From Candidatus Latescibacterota bacterium (GTDB lineage: Bacteria; Latescibacterota; UBA2968; UBA8231): 64,000 nucleotides of DNA. Made by a program: the position numbers and the translations under genes. Location of the stretch: contig OZ253462.1 of NCBI GenBank assembly GCA_965261395.1, positions 5,440,001 through 5,504,000 of the forward strand, in the 5' to 3' direction. The notes beneath the pieces are model-generated. The model made no database searches, was not told the DNA's origin, and worked only from the letters and a program-made list of their open reading frames with translations. Below are positions 28,859-38,704 of the stretch, piece by piece (the stretch's first letter is position 1; each line of letters opens with the position of its first letter).

Positions 28859-30677
28859 ACTGCACACCCCGTCCTTGCTCGATTAGCAAATTCCGCTCGG
28901 CGGGTAGATCTCGAAATACCTGCGCGGTCCCATCCGGCCATTGGACTTCCAGCAGGTCAATGCGCTCGTAGCCGCCCAAGCCGAAGTGGAGCCGTCGATC
29001 ACCAGCCGATAAATAGCTGCTCCCACTTCTAACTAAGCGGCGCTGCTCCAACGAACCCGCCACCAGCCGCACTTCGGCTCCCACCGCATCGCGGTTGGCC
29101 GTTGTAGCCACCAGCTTGACTGCGGTCCAATTGCGCCCGTTGCCGTGGTGATTGCGCGCCAGCTTGGCCGGCCCCCCGCAATTGGTCACCAGCAGGTCCA
29201 GATCGCCGTCCCCGTCCCAGTCGCCCCGGGCCAGTCCCCGACTTATTTGCTCTTGCGCGAACCAACTCCCCGCACTGTCCGCCACATCGGTGAAGCGGCA
29301 GGAGCTGTCGTTGCGAAATAGCTGATGCTCTTGGGCATAGCGCACCCCGGGTTGCAGGATATGAACGCGGTCCAAGACATGGCCGTTGGCCACGTACAGA
29401 TCTTGGTCGCCGTCGTGGTCGTAATCGAGAAACGCAGTGCCAAAGCCCAAGTAGAGCCAACTCGGCCGGCCCAAGCCCGCAGCCGTGGTCACATCTTTGA
29501 AATAGGTTCCTTCATTGCGATAGAGCGTATTGGTTTCGCGCGAGAAATTGGTGACGAACAGATCCCAGTCGCCATCGCGGTCGCAATCGCCGATGGCCAC
29601 TCCCATACCGGCCTCGGCTTGGCCGCGCACATTGTAGGCCACCCCGGCTTGTAGGGCTACATCGCGGAAGGTGCCATCGCCGGCGTTTTGGTAGAGGAAG
29701 TTGGCCACCCCGTCGTTGGCCACGTATAGATCCTGGTAGCCGTCCTCGTTCCAGTCCCAAGCCACCACGCCCAACCCCTTGCCATTGGGATTGGCAATGC
29801 CAGCGGCAATGGATACATCGGCAAAAGTACCGTCCCCCTCGTTGTGGTAGAGCACATCGGGCACGCCCCCGTACTCGCTGGGCGCGCAGTACGAGCGCGT
29901 ATCTTCCCCAATGGCGCGCAAGCCCGCGTCGTCAGTGCGGATGAAACCACCGCAGATTTTGTTGGTCGCTGGGGTAAAATCGAGATAATTGACCACATAC
30001 AGATCGAGCGCGCCATCGTTGTCGCGGTCGAAAAAGGCGGCGCTGGTGCTCCATTGGGGAGCCTCGACGCCACGACTGCGGACAAAGGTGGCGTCCCCTC
30101 GGTTGTGATAGAGGGCGTTAGGGCCGTAGTTGGTCGCGTACAGATCCTGGTCGCCGTCGTTGTCGGCATCGGCCACGGCCACGCCCATGCCATAGCCCGG
30201 GTCCGCGGCCCCACCGGCATTGGGCACGGCGACAAAAGTACCTTTCCCTTCGTTGCGGTAGAGCGCATTACCCCTTGGTTCCACCTCAGCCACGGGGGCC
30301 AATTCGACCGCATAGTCGGCCGGATCTGCGGAGCGGCCCTCGGCGCTAGGGGTCAATGGGGCCACCCAATAGAGGCCCTCTTCTCTGCGCGCCAAGTTGA
30401 TCGGCCGGGTGTCCAAGCCCCTTAGATCGAAGCCGTTGACCAGATAAATATCTAAGTCGCCGTCCTCGTCAAAGTCGGCCAAGGCCCCGCCCGCGCCCAT
30501 GGTCTCAATGAGAAAGTACTGCCCGGCGGCACCGTTTTCGTGGACAAAGGAAAGGCCCGCTTGGTCGGTGGCATCGGTGAAGTACACCGCCGGCGACTCG
30601 CTTTGGCAGCCCATGGACCATCCGAGCGCCAAGATAGCCGTCAATCGTTGAATATGGCGGCCCACCCTTCCTCTCAA
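28851..30677 (-). CDS. CRTAC1-family (FG-GAP + ASPIC/UnbV) lipoprotein
   Basis: WSMGC lipobox-like, ETMGAGG, DxDxDGDxD repeats, SGSSYLS...LHFGLG...WPDG. Confidence 0.9.
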   Translation of the reverse strand: MRGRVGRHIQRLTAILALGWSMGCQSESPAVYFTDATDQAGLSFVHENGAAGQYFLIETMGAGGALADFDEDGDLDIYLVNGFDLRGLDTRPINLARREEGLYWVAPLTPSAEGRSADPADYAVELAPVAEVEPRGNALYRNEGKGTFVAVPNAGGAADPGYGMGVAVADADNDGDQDLYATNYGPNALYHNRGDATFVRSRGVEAPQWSTSAAFFDRDNDGALDLYVVNYLDFTPATNKICGGFIRTDDAGLRAIGEDTRSYCAPSEYGGVPDVLYHNEGDGTFADVSIAAGIANPNGKGLGVVAWDWNEDGYQDLYVANDGVANFLYQNAGDGTFRDVALQAGVAYNVRGQAEAGMGVAIGDCDRDGDWDLFVTNFSRETNTLYRNEGTYFKDVTTAAGLGRPSWLYLGFGTAFLDYDHDGDQDLYVANGHVLDRVHILQPGVRYAQEHQLFRNDSSCRFTDVADSAGSWFAQEQISRGLARGDWDGDGDLDLLVTNCGGPAKLARNHHGNGRNWTAVKLVATTANRDAVGAEVRLVAGSLEQRRLVRSGSSYLSAGDRRLHFGLGGYERIDLLEVQWPDGTAQVFRDLPAERNLLIEQGRGVQYE

Positions 30678-33205
30678 TACACCACGTGAACGAGCTGCAT
30701 CATCTGGGTCCGCACATTCCTGCGTGCATCTGCATCCACCTCCACCCGCAAGATATACGTCCCCGGCGGCACCCGCTCGCCCGCGTCATCCACCCCCTCC
30801 CAAGCCACCTCGTATTGCCCACTCGCCCGCTCTCGCACCTGTTCCAGCGCCCAAATGCGACGACCCGCCAGATCGTGCACCGAGACGATCACCGCCTGAG
30901 TTCCATCCAAGCGCAGCACTTTAAAGCCAATCAGCGCTGCGTCATTAACTCCATCCCCATTGGGCGTCACGGCTTTTGGGACCAGCGCCAGCTCCGCCAA
31001 ACCCACCTGTCCCGAGGGCACCAGCACCCGGAGGACGCCGCTTTCCACTTCGGCCACGGTCTCTTGATCGGCTTCGACCAATTGCCAAGTTCCCGAATCA
31101 TCGCGGTTGCCCACCCGTCCCGCAAAGGAAACGCCGTGGCCAAATAGCGCGGTCAATACATCGACCGCTACTACCTCGTCGCGACCAACCGCGTCGGGCA
31201 GGCGCACCCACAGCGAGTCGGCCGCGGTCTTAAGCACCTCCACCACATCTAGGCCCAGCACTGCGCCGCCTCCGGCAGCCACTTCGGCCGCAGAGCCAAG
31301 GCGCACCTCCCGCAGCGACAGCGGCGTCCCTCCCGAACTGACCAATAACACCTCGTCAATGCCTGGATCACCCACCCGTCGCACCGGCCGCACGAAAAAG
31401 GTCAGCGGCGTGTCCTCCCCCGGATGTTCCACCTGCACTGGGAATACCTCGCCCAAGGCTCTGCCCACCCACGGTTGGGAAAACGACACCTCCAAGCGCC
31501 GCAATAGCACGGAATTTTGCGGGTCGTCACTGCTCAATCGCACCTGGGCCTTGAGGAAGCGGCGCGGCGACGGCGAAGTGATGACTTGGCCCGACCGCAG
31601 GTGCGGTTTGCTCCAAGGGCTCCAAGTTTCCTCATCGACGACCAGCACATTGAGCGAATCCCCTTTAAGCGCGGCAATCAATTTATGGTACGCTTTTTTG
31701 TCCACTTCAGCGCCGTCGCTCCGGTAATACGTGGTGTTAACTTTGGTCCGATCGCCGGTTCGGGTGGCCACCTCAATGCGCGTACCGGGCGGGATGTCGG
31801 CCTCCCACTGAAGCGTGGTCAAATTCCTGCTACTGCTCAAGTCGATCAACGGCGATTCCAACACCACCTCCGGCTGATAGCCCTCGCCGTAGGCCTGTAG
31901 TTCGGACCAGCCGGCTCTGTTCCCCCCCCTGCCCACCAGATAGTCGAAGGCAATGTAGCGGACCTTCTGCAGCTCAAAGCGCACCTCTTGGAACCGAGGC
32001 TGGCGGAAGGCCCGCCGCTCTTCGACTTGCACCCACTGCAAGCTTCCGTCCGGCGCGAGCGAACCGTCGGATAGTTTCATCCGATAATTGCCCAGTGTGC
32101 CTCCGGCACTGCGGGCCGCAGGCGGCAGAAAGTGAAATAGATCCAGCCAGTACAAAGCGCCTAGGTCGAAGAAGACTTGCCGTTCGGGCTCGGCCGCCTC
32201 GCGGGTGTAACTCTGCTGCAAGCCGTACCAAGTGGTGTAGTCCCCATCGAGGCTGCGGGTCGGATTAAAGCCGTGCCCTTCCACTGTGCCACCCCGCTGG
32301 ATCGCCCCCAGCGATATATTCTCGCCCAAGGTCCAGACCTCGACCTCGGCGAGGCGCGGTTGTTCGCGGCGGTAATAGCGGATCGAACCCCGCTCGGACG
32401 GATCGAGCAGCGCATAGGCTTCCTCGTCGAGGAGCCACTCGCTCCCGGAGCGGCTGCGGCCAAAGTACTCCACTGCGCCCTGCAAAGCCGCTGGCAAATT
32501 CTGGTAGGCCAAGCTGTCCACTTCCTCGGCCTTGCCCAAGCGGGTGTCCGTCATCACCACCTGCACAAAGCGAAAGGCATCGCCGGTAAAATGGGGATCG
32601 GCACTTTGAAAGGGCTCTAGAGCAAAAGAAAATTCGCGTTGGTCAACATTCGGCCGCTCGGTCTTGCCGACCAAGTGATAATCGAGATTATCGCCTACCT
32701 TGCCCTCGCCGTCGGCCACCATCAGGCGGAATTGGTAAAACGGATCGCCCGCGCCTGCTTGGGCGAAGCGCAAAACGATGCGCTTGGCCGATACGATCCG
32801 CCCCAAGTCAATCGCCACCCACCACAGATTCTGTGGATCGTCTAGGTCGGGCTCCCAGTAGGTATCTACATTGCCGTCGAGGAGGCGCGCCGCCCCGGCC
32901 AGACCGGATCCAGCGGCCAGAATCCCCCCCTCCTTTTCGTCCTCGTCGGCCCCTAGAGGAAAGCGGTTCGCATTGAGGCTAGCATTGATTTCCGGTGCCA
33001 CAAAGTGGGGCCTAGCGCCCTCGGAGTCGATATCGACCGTGCCAAAGGGGAACAGCCATTGCCGCCACTGGTCCGCGCCTTGGGTGACAATGAGGTCGCC
33101 TTGGATCGCGTACCCCTCTTGGGCCCCTGCGGCCCGACAACCAAGCGCGACGACCAAAATCCAGATCGCCCAATGCCCGCTCGTCATAGAAATTCTCTTT
33201 TGCAT
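30674..33205 (-). CDS. Secreted FlgD-CTD family protein with two discoidin-like modules
   Basis: GGAG RBS before ATG 33205; LLDGNVDTYW...IDLGR and LDGDYTTW...FDLGA modules, TPNGDGVND, ends VHVVY. Confidence 0.85.
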   Translation of the reverse strand: MQKRISMTSGHWAIWILVVALGCRAAGAQEGYAIQGDLIVTQGADQWRQWLFPFGTVDIDSEGARPHFVAPEINASLNANRFPLGADEDEKEGGILAAGSGLAGAARLLDGNVDTYWEPDLDDPQNLWWVAIDLGRIVSAKRIVLRFAQAGAGDPFYQFRLMVADGEGKVGDNLDYHLVGKTERPNVDQREFSFALEPFQSADPHFTGDAFRFVQVVMTDTRLGKAEEVDSLAYQNLPAALQGAVEYFGRSRSGSEWLLDEEAYALLDPSERGSIRYYRREQPRLAEVEVWTLGENISLGAIQRGGTVEGHGFNPTRSLDGDYTTWYGLQQSYTREAAEPERQVFFDLGALYWLDLFHFLPPAARSAGGTLGNYRMKLSDGSLAPDGSLQWVQVEERRAFRQPRFQEVRFELQKVRYIAFDYLVGRGGNRAGWSELQAYGEGYQPEVVLESPLIDLSSSRNLTTLQWEADIPPGTRIEVATRTGDRTKVNTTYYRSDGAEVDKKAYHKLIAALKGDSLNVLVVDEETWSPWSKPHLRSGQVITSPSPRRFLKAQVRLSSDDPQNSVLLRRLEVSFSQPWVGRALGEVFPVQVEHPGEDTPLTFFVRPVRRVGDPGIDEVLLVSSGGTPLSLREVRLGSAAEVAAGGGAVLGLDVVEVLKTAADSLWVRLPDAVGRDEVVAVDVLTALFGHGVSFAGRVGNRDDSGTWQLVEADQETVAEVESGVLRVLVPSGQVGLAELALVPKAVTPNGDGVNDAALIGFKVLRLDGTQAVIVSVHDLAGRRIWALEQVRERASGQYEVAWEGVDDAGERVPPGTYILRVEVDADARRNVRTQMMQLVHVVY

Positions 33206-33209
33206 TTTG

Positions 33210-35942
33210 CTACTCCAGACCGGCGTAGAACGAAACAAAGACGAGGCTGCCAGTTTTGATCTCGGACTTTCGGCCAACGCGCTCGAACTGGTCCCGATCA
33301 AAGCGCAGGCCGCACTGCATGATCGAGCGGTAGCCCATGTACGTGCCGTAATTGGCCAACTGGATCGCCAAGATCGTCTGCTGGCCATCGCCGGTCCGCT
33401 CGCCCGCAGCCATTTGCTTTATGTCCGTCGCTAGATCGGTGGTGAAGACCTGTTCAACACCTGTCTCAAGCCACGACTCCTTGAGAATGGGGAATCGCAC
33501 GCTGAACGACAGCATCTGTTTCCACCACTGGCGCTCGCTTTCCCGCGCGAGATAGGGGACGTCCCAGAAGAACTCGTTTTTAAGACGCGGACGGATGTGC
33601 ACTCGGCCAATATCGCGGCCGTAATCAGCTTTGTTGACCACGCCCAAAAAGCGCCCGACGCGGCGGGCACCGCGCTCGGTGAGCACCTGCTGCTCGTCGC
33701 GCTGATGCAAGATCTCGTACTTGAATTTGTTGATTACATGCAGGGATTCTATGCCGGTGTAGTCGAACCCTAGCCACGCGCTGTTGATCCAAGTGTTCTG
33801 GGCTGCCAGCGGATCCCCCACCACCGCCTGCTGAGTGCCAATGGCTTGCGGGGCTGCCAAGCGGTCATCCGCTACATTGTCGCGCACCTTCTTCAGGTGC
33901 TCGAAAACGCGCAGGCGACCCATGCCGGGCCAGTCCTGCTCTAGGGTAAAAAGGCCGTACGCCGCCTCGCTGCGTCGCTTGGTTGACAACTGCCACTGCC
34001 GAGTCTGGCCCACGGTCAGGCGCACCTCGGGCACTACATCGACCCCGCCGTACACATTGTATCCCCGCAGATTCCGGTCGTAGGGATAATCGGGATCAAC
34101 GTCGTCTTCAAAGCGGTCGATCCAGCCGTTGTTGTTCATGTCCATGCCAAACAGGAACTCGGGGCGATCGACGTTAAAGCGCAAAAAGGGCTCCTCGTAA
34201 TCAGCCAGTGCATTGCGGCGCGTCGGCGTATCGTTCTGATTGAAATCGGAGATAAAATCGCCGTTTTCGTCCCAACCGGGGAACACCGCCGGATCGGCCG
34301 CCCCCTCGCCGGTGGAAAGGGTTTGCCCCAACCCCGATGACTGCCAGCGGCGCTTTTGGTCCGGGAAGCGGTCCAAGTCGTCGTTGTCGTCGACATAGTC
34401 GTATAAAAAGGACTCTTGATCGACGTAATCGACCCGCCCGTTGGTCTCGGTCATAAAGACGCTGGTGGCGTAATCCGGGCCCATGCTGAAGACTTCGCCG
34501 TACAGAAAATAGGGCGCGCGTGTTTGCGCTAGGTTGACCATCCACGCCTGGGCCTGTCTGGAGGATGTTCGGTGGGTCGCCAGCAAGGGGCTGGGGTACT
34601 GCGCAAAGCGGTGGTTGACGTTTAACTCGGCGTACAGGTCAAAACCCCACAGTTGGCGCACTTCCAAGGTGAGGCCAGCGATCTGATTGGCCGTGGGCAG
34701 ACCGTAGTCAAAACGCAGGGTGCGCCGATTGGAAGTATCGCCGACATTGCCCGGCGCGCTCTCGACTAAGAGAAAGACCGGCTGCGCCTCTATATTGGTC
34801 TGGCGATTCGAAGCCACCTCGACCCGATAATCATTGGCCAAGACCAATTCAAAGCGCACCTCGGCGAGGGAGTCAGCCGTAGTCGGCAGCCACGCAGGCT
34901 CGCCTTCTACCTCCACGACCCGCGCCGCGGCCAAGGCTTCGAGATTGTAGCGCAACACAATGCGGTCGCCGCCGTCGGCCACGGCAAAACCATCGCGCAG
35001 TTCGCCGCCCGTGCGCGACGGCACGTAACCGACCTGAGCGCCGTTCCACTGATGGCCGTTTACATCCTTGAGGAGGATGTTCTCGGCAAAGAGTACGGCC
35101 CCATTCTCGCCATCTTCGGGCGAATCGTCGCCGAGGCGCACCTCGACAAAAGTGACGGCGTTGCTGGCTTGGTCGGTGGTGAGAAACCCCTTGAACATAT
35201 TGCCGGCAAAGCGCTCCAAGGTCGCGCGGCTGTTGTGGCTGTTGACGTACGTACCGCCAACCGTGATGTGATCGCCCAACTGGGTAGTGAGACGCCCGGC
35301 GGTCAATTCCGTGGCATTGGTCAGCCCCACGTCGAACGACGAGGCGGTGACCAGCGGCGCGCTGATGCGCGACAACAGCACCGTGCCGGCGTAGCGGTCC
35401 CGCAGATAGTGGAACTGGACGCCGTTGAAGACGGCCTTGCGAAACGTCATCGGCGTGAGGGTGGTGGCGATTTTATCGCCTAGCGTCAGGGAGAAATGAT
35501 GCTGTCCCTTGGAGTCGGAGGCGATGACTAGATTCTGGAAACTGCCGCCGTAGGGCAGGCCCTTGAGCAGACTGTTGCCCTCCGAGGCCCTCGGCTGTTC
35601 TTTTCTCGCCTCGTAGACCAACCACCCGTGCATCACGCGGCGGCCAAACAGATCGTAGAAGTAATCTCCTTCGAGCGTCGCCGATAGATAGCTGCGATAG
35701 AAATTCCTCGCATAATTGGTGTATTCCCACTGCTTCAGGCGGTGTTCGCTGTACAATTCCTCGGGCATGTACCACTTCTGTACCCGCGGGTCGATGGCGT
35801 TGATGAGCGTGCTGCGGCTGCGCGTGAGAAATTGCAGCTCGACGCCGTGCCCCTGCCCCAAGCGATTGCCGTATTCCTCGGAGCGGAGATCGCCAGGGCC
35901 GAGCGCCAACAGGGCGAGTATGGTAATGACCGCACGTGCCAC
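33210..35942 (-). CDS. Large exported acidic protein (910 aa), possible outer-membrane beta-barrel; paralog of 35945-38674
   Basis: Signal peptide, Dx(N/D)x(D/N)G-like motifs, amphipathic strands near the C-terminus ending VSFYAGLE; ORF certain, function inferred. Confidence 0.65.
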   Translation of the reverse strand: MARAVITILALLALGPGDLRSEEYGNRLGQGHGVELQFLTRSRSTLINAIDPRVQKWYMPEELYSEHRLKQWEYTNYARNFYRSYLSATLEGDYFYDLFGRRVMHGWLVYEARKEQPRASEGNSLLKGLPYGGSFQNLVIASDSKGQHHFSLTLGDKIATTLTPMTFRKAVFNGVQFHYLRDRYAGTVLLSRISAPLVTASSFDVGLTNATELTAGRLTTQLGDHITVGGTYVNSHNSRATLERFAGNMFKGFLTTDQASNAVTFVEVRLGDDSPEDGENGAVLFAENILLKDVNGHQWNGAQVGYVPSRTGGELRDGFAVADGGDRIVLRYNLEALAAARVVEVEGEPAWLPTTADSLAEVRFELVLANDYRVEVASNRQTNIEAQPVFLLVESAPGNVGDTSNRRTLRFDYGLPTANQIAGLTLEVRQLWGFDLYAELNVNHRFAQYPSPLLATHRTSSRQAQAWMVNLAQTRAPYFLYGEVFSMGPDYATSVFMTETNGRVDYVDQESFLYDYVDDNDDLDRFPDQKRRWQSSGLGQTLSTGEGAADPAVFPGWDENGDFISDFNQNDTPTRRNALADYEEPFLRFNVDRPEFLFGMDMNNNGWIDRFEDDVDPDYPYDRNLRGYNVYGGVDVVPEVRLTVGQTRQWQLSTKRRSEAAYGLFTLEQDWPGMGRLRVFEHLKKVRDNVADDRLAAPQAIGTQQAVVGDPLAAQNTWINSAWLGFDYTGIESLHVINKFKYEILHQRDEQQVLTERGARRVGRFLGVVNKADYGRDIGRVHIRPRLKNEFFWDVPYLARESERQWWKQMLSFSVRFPILKESWLETGVEQVFTTDLATDIKQMAAGERTGDGQQTILAIQLANYGTYMGYRSIMQCGLRFDRDQFERVGRKSEIKTGSLVFVSFYAGLE

Positions 35943-35944
35943 GA

Positions 35945-38674
35945 CTAGAGGCCCAGACCGGCGTACACCGTGATGAAGGTTGTGAAACCGGTCGAGGTCC
36001 TATTCCCCAGGCCAAAATCGGTGGTTTTCTTTTCGACGACTTCCGCCGCCCGGCGCTCGTATTGGAACCCGAGTTGCGTGATCAGTTTATAGCCCAAGTA
36101 ATCGCTGATATTGGTCGCCTGGATCGCCAGGATCGTCTCTCGCTGATCCCCGGTATCCACCCCTTCGGCCCCAGCCGCAACTAAGGCCCCTTCGTCGCTT
36201 AGCAACTCCCAGCGGTAATTTTGTTCCAAGCCCGCTTCTATTTGGGTGCGCGGCATCAGCGGCAGACGAGTGATGAAGAACAGACTCGGAGTCCACTGCT
36301 TGCGCTCGTCTTCGGCCCGCAGAAAGGGCGAATCAATCAGGTACTCGCTTTTGACCCGAGGCATCAATTCCACCCCTGCTATGCCGAGGGAATATTCGGC
36401 TTTATTGATCAGCCCGAAAAAGCGCGAGTCCTGCCGAGCGCCTAGTTCCGCCAATACTTCATCGTCGAGCAATTGATGGAAAAACTCGTACTTGAGCTTG
36501 TTTTCCACCGTCAGGTTGGCCGTGCCCGTGTAGTTGAAGCCCAACCACACGGTGTTGATCCAAGTGTCTCGGGCCGGTAGTACATCCTGCACAGGGAGCT
36601 GCGGCCCGCGGAAAAAGGGCAGGGGCGCGATGCGGTCGTCGGCTATAGTGTCGCGCGCCCGTTTCAGATGTTCAAAAACCCGGATGCGCCCCAGGCCGGC
36701 GATATCCTTGTCAAAGGCGAAGAGGGCGTAACTGGTCTCGCTGCGGCGAGCGGCCGAGATCAACCACTGCCGGGTTCGCCCCGCGGTCAGCCGGGTCTCC
36801 GGCGTCAGGTGGATGCCGCCGTAGGCGTTGTATCCCCGATGGTCGCGCTTGTAGGGGAAGTCGGGCTCGGTGTCGTTCTCAAAGCGGTCGATCCAGCCAT
36901 TGTTGTTGAGGTCAATGCCAAAGAGGAACTCGGGCCGGTCGCTGTGGTAGCGCAGGAAGGGTTCTTCGTAATCGGGCAACTGATTCTCGCGCGTGCGGTT
37001 GTCATTTTGGTTGAAGTCATTGATGAAATCGTTGTTCTCGTCCCAGCCCGGAAAGACCTCGATATCGGGACCGGCCTGGTAGGTGCGCCCCCAGTCGGGG
37101 GTGCGGTCTTGGTCGTCGTTGTCCTCGACGAACTCGAAGAATCGGTTCTGGGTCGAATAGTCGATGACGCCCCGCTGGTCGCTGAGAAAAATGCTGGTCG
37201 CGTAGTCTTTGCCCATGCTGAAGGCCTCGCCATAGACAAACCACGGATAGGCGTTTTTCGCCGCGTTCAGCATCCAGGCGTCGGCCCGCCGCGCAGCCGA
37301 TTCGTGGTCGCCTTCTACATTGGGGTTGGGGTACTTCCTGAATCGGTGGTTGACCGCGTACTCGGCATAGGTGTCAAAGCCCAAGAAGCTCGTCGTCGCG
37401 AGGTGGAAGCCGAAAATTTGGTTGGCGGTGGGCAAACCGTAGTCAAAGCGCACCAGCCGCTGGTTCGAAGTATCGCGCACATTGCCGTCGGCCCGGACGA
37501 TTAGCAGGGGGTGGAATTCTCCGGCGCGACTCAGTTGGCGGTTGGAGGCCATCGACACCTTGTAGTCGTTGGCCAGTACCAACTCGAACGCGACCTCGAC
37601 GATGGTCGAGGGGTCGGGGCCCAGATAGGCGCGGTCGGAAAAATCGTAGATCAGGCGAATGGTCTCGTCCCCGTCCGCAGCCAAAAAGCCCCCCTGCCGC
37701 TGGAAACCGCCCTGGACGAGGGGCGTGAAGTTGATCTCCTTGCCCGTGATGGTTTCGCGCTCGCCAGTATTGAAGTCGCGGATGGCAGTGATGATGATAT
37801 TTTGCGAAAACAGCGCCGCCCCACCCCGGCCGTCGGCGGGCGAATCGTCTTCGAGTAGGATTTCGATGCGGGTGACAGCGCTGCTGTTCTGATCGACGGT
37901 CAAATCGCCTTGGGCGCGGCCACCGAGAAAGCTCTCCAACAGCGTATTGGACTGGTGGGCGTTGATGTACGTGGTCCCCAAGGTGACGAAATCGCCCACC
38001 TGAGCGGTAAAGTGGCCGCCGAGAAAATCGGTGGTATTCGACACGCCCGTGGGTACGGCACCGACGGCGACGCCCACTTGGTTGGGGGCGCTGATGCGCG
38101 ACATCAGCACCGTAGCCTGGTACTTGTCCGAGGCGAAATCGGCTTGGATGCCATTGAAGGCCGGCTTGGAAAAAGTCAGCGGCGTCAGCGTCGTGCGAAT
38201 GCTGTTGCCAATGGTCACCGCGTAGTGGTTCTGGCCCTTGCTGTCGGAGGCGATCAAGACGTTGTTGAACCAAGAGCCGTAGCGGCTGTCCTTGAAGACC
38301 GTGCTGCCAAACTCGGCCGGTTGCTGCCGGCGCATGTCGTAGATCAGCCAACCTTGGGTGACAAAATTGCCGTAGAGGTCGTAGAAGTAATTGCCCTCTA
38401 TGGCCGTATTGACGTAGCGCTGATAATTCTCGCGGGCGTAGTTGTTGTACTGCCAAGGCCGCCAGCGGTACTCGTTGTAGAGTTCCTGGGGCACGTACCA
38501 GCGTTTGAGGGTCGGATCGAGGGCGTCAAAGAGCACGCCCGGCCCCCGAGGTTCATACGACACCCGACCGCCGCGCTGCACCCCGAGGCGAGAGCCGTAA
38601 TCCTGCGCTTGGAGCCCATCTGGACTCAGCAAGCCGCTGAGGAGCAGGAAAACCAACCCGTATTTGCCATACAT
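35945..38674 (-). CDS. Large exported acidic protein (909 aa), possible outer-membrane beta-barrel
   Basis: Shares IASDSKGQ, TTLTPxTF, ELVLANDY, FDYGLPTANQI, VFPGWDEN, DYEEPFLR with its neighbour; ends ITVYAGLGL. Confidence 0.65.
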   Translation of the reverse strand: MYGKYGLVFLLLSGLLSPDGLQAQDYGSRLGVQRGGRVSYEPRGPGVLFDALDPTLKRWYVPQELYNEYRWRPWQYNNYARENYQRYVNTAIEGNYFYDLYGNFVTQGWLIYDMRRQQPAEFGSTVFKDSRYGSWFNNVLIASDSKGQNHYAVTIGNSIRTTLTPLTFSKPAFNGIQADFASDKYQATVLMSRISAPNQVGVAVGAVPTGVSNTTDFLGGHFTAQVGDFVTLGTTYINAHQSNTLLESFLGGRAQGDLTVDQNSSAVTRIEILLEDDSPADGRGGAALFSQNIIITAIRDFNTGERETITGKEINFTPLVQGGFQRQGGFLAADGDETIRLIYDFSDRAYLGPDPSTIVEVAFELVLANDYKVSMASNRQLSRAGEFHPLLIVRADGNVRDTSNQRLVRFDYGLPTANQIFGFHLATTSFLGFDTYAEYAVNHRFRKYPNPNVEGDHESAARRADAWMLNAAKNAYPWFVYGEAFSMGKDYATSIFLSDQRGVIDYSTQNRFFEFVEDNDDQDRTPDWGRTYQAGPDIEVFPGWDENNDFINDFNQNDNRTRENQLPDYEEPFLRYHSDRPEFLFGIDLNNNGWIDRFENDTEPDFPYKRDHRGYNAYGGIHLTPETRLTAGRTRQWLISAARRSETSYALFAFDKDIAGLGRIRVFEHLKRARDTIADDRIAPLPFFRGPQLPVQDVLPARDTWINTVWLGFNYTGTANLTVENKLKYEFFHQLLDDEVLAELGARQDSRFFGLINKAEYSLGIAGVELMPRVKSEYLIDSPFLRAEDERKQWTPSLFFITRLPLMPRTQIEAGLEQNYRWELLSDEGALVAAGAEGVDTGDQRETILAIQATNISDYLGYKLITQLGFQYERRAAEVVEKKTTDFGLGNRTSTGFTTFITVYAGLGL

Positions 38675-38704
38675 AAGAAACGCCCTCCCACAGGTATCGC
38701 TTGT

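Noticed and set aside
33206-33388. Track start (33388) for the 904-aa ORF, and similarly extended starts at 48537, 61956 and 44769
   Set aside because: The extensions overlap neighbouring genes or bury the signal peptide; downstream ATGs fit better on RBS or signal-peptide position.
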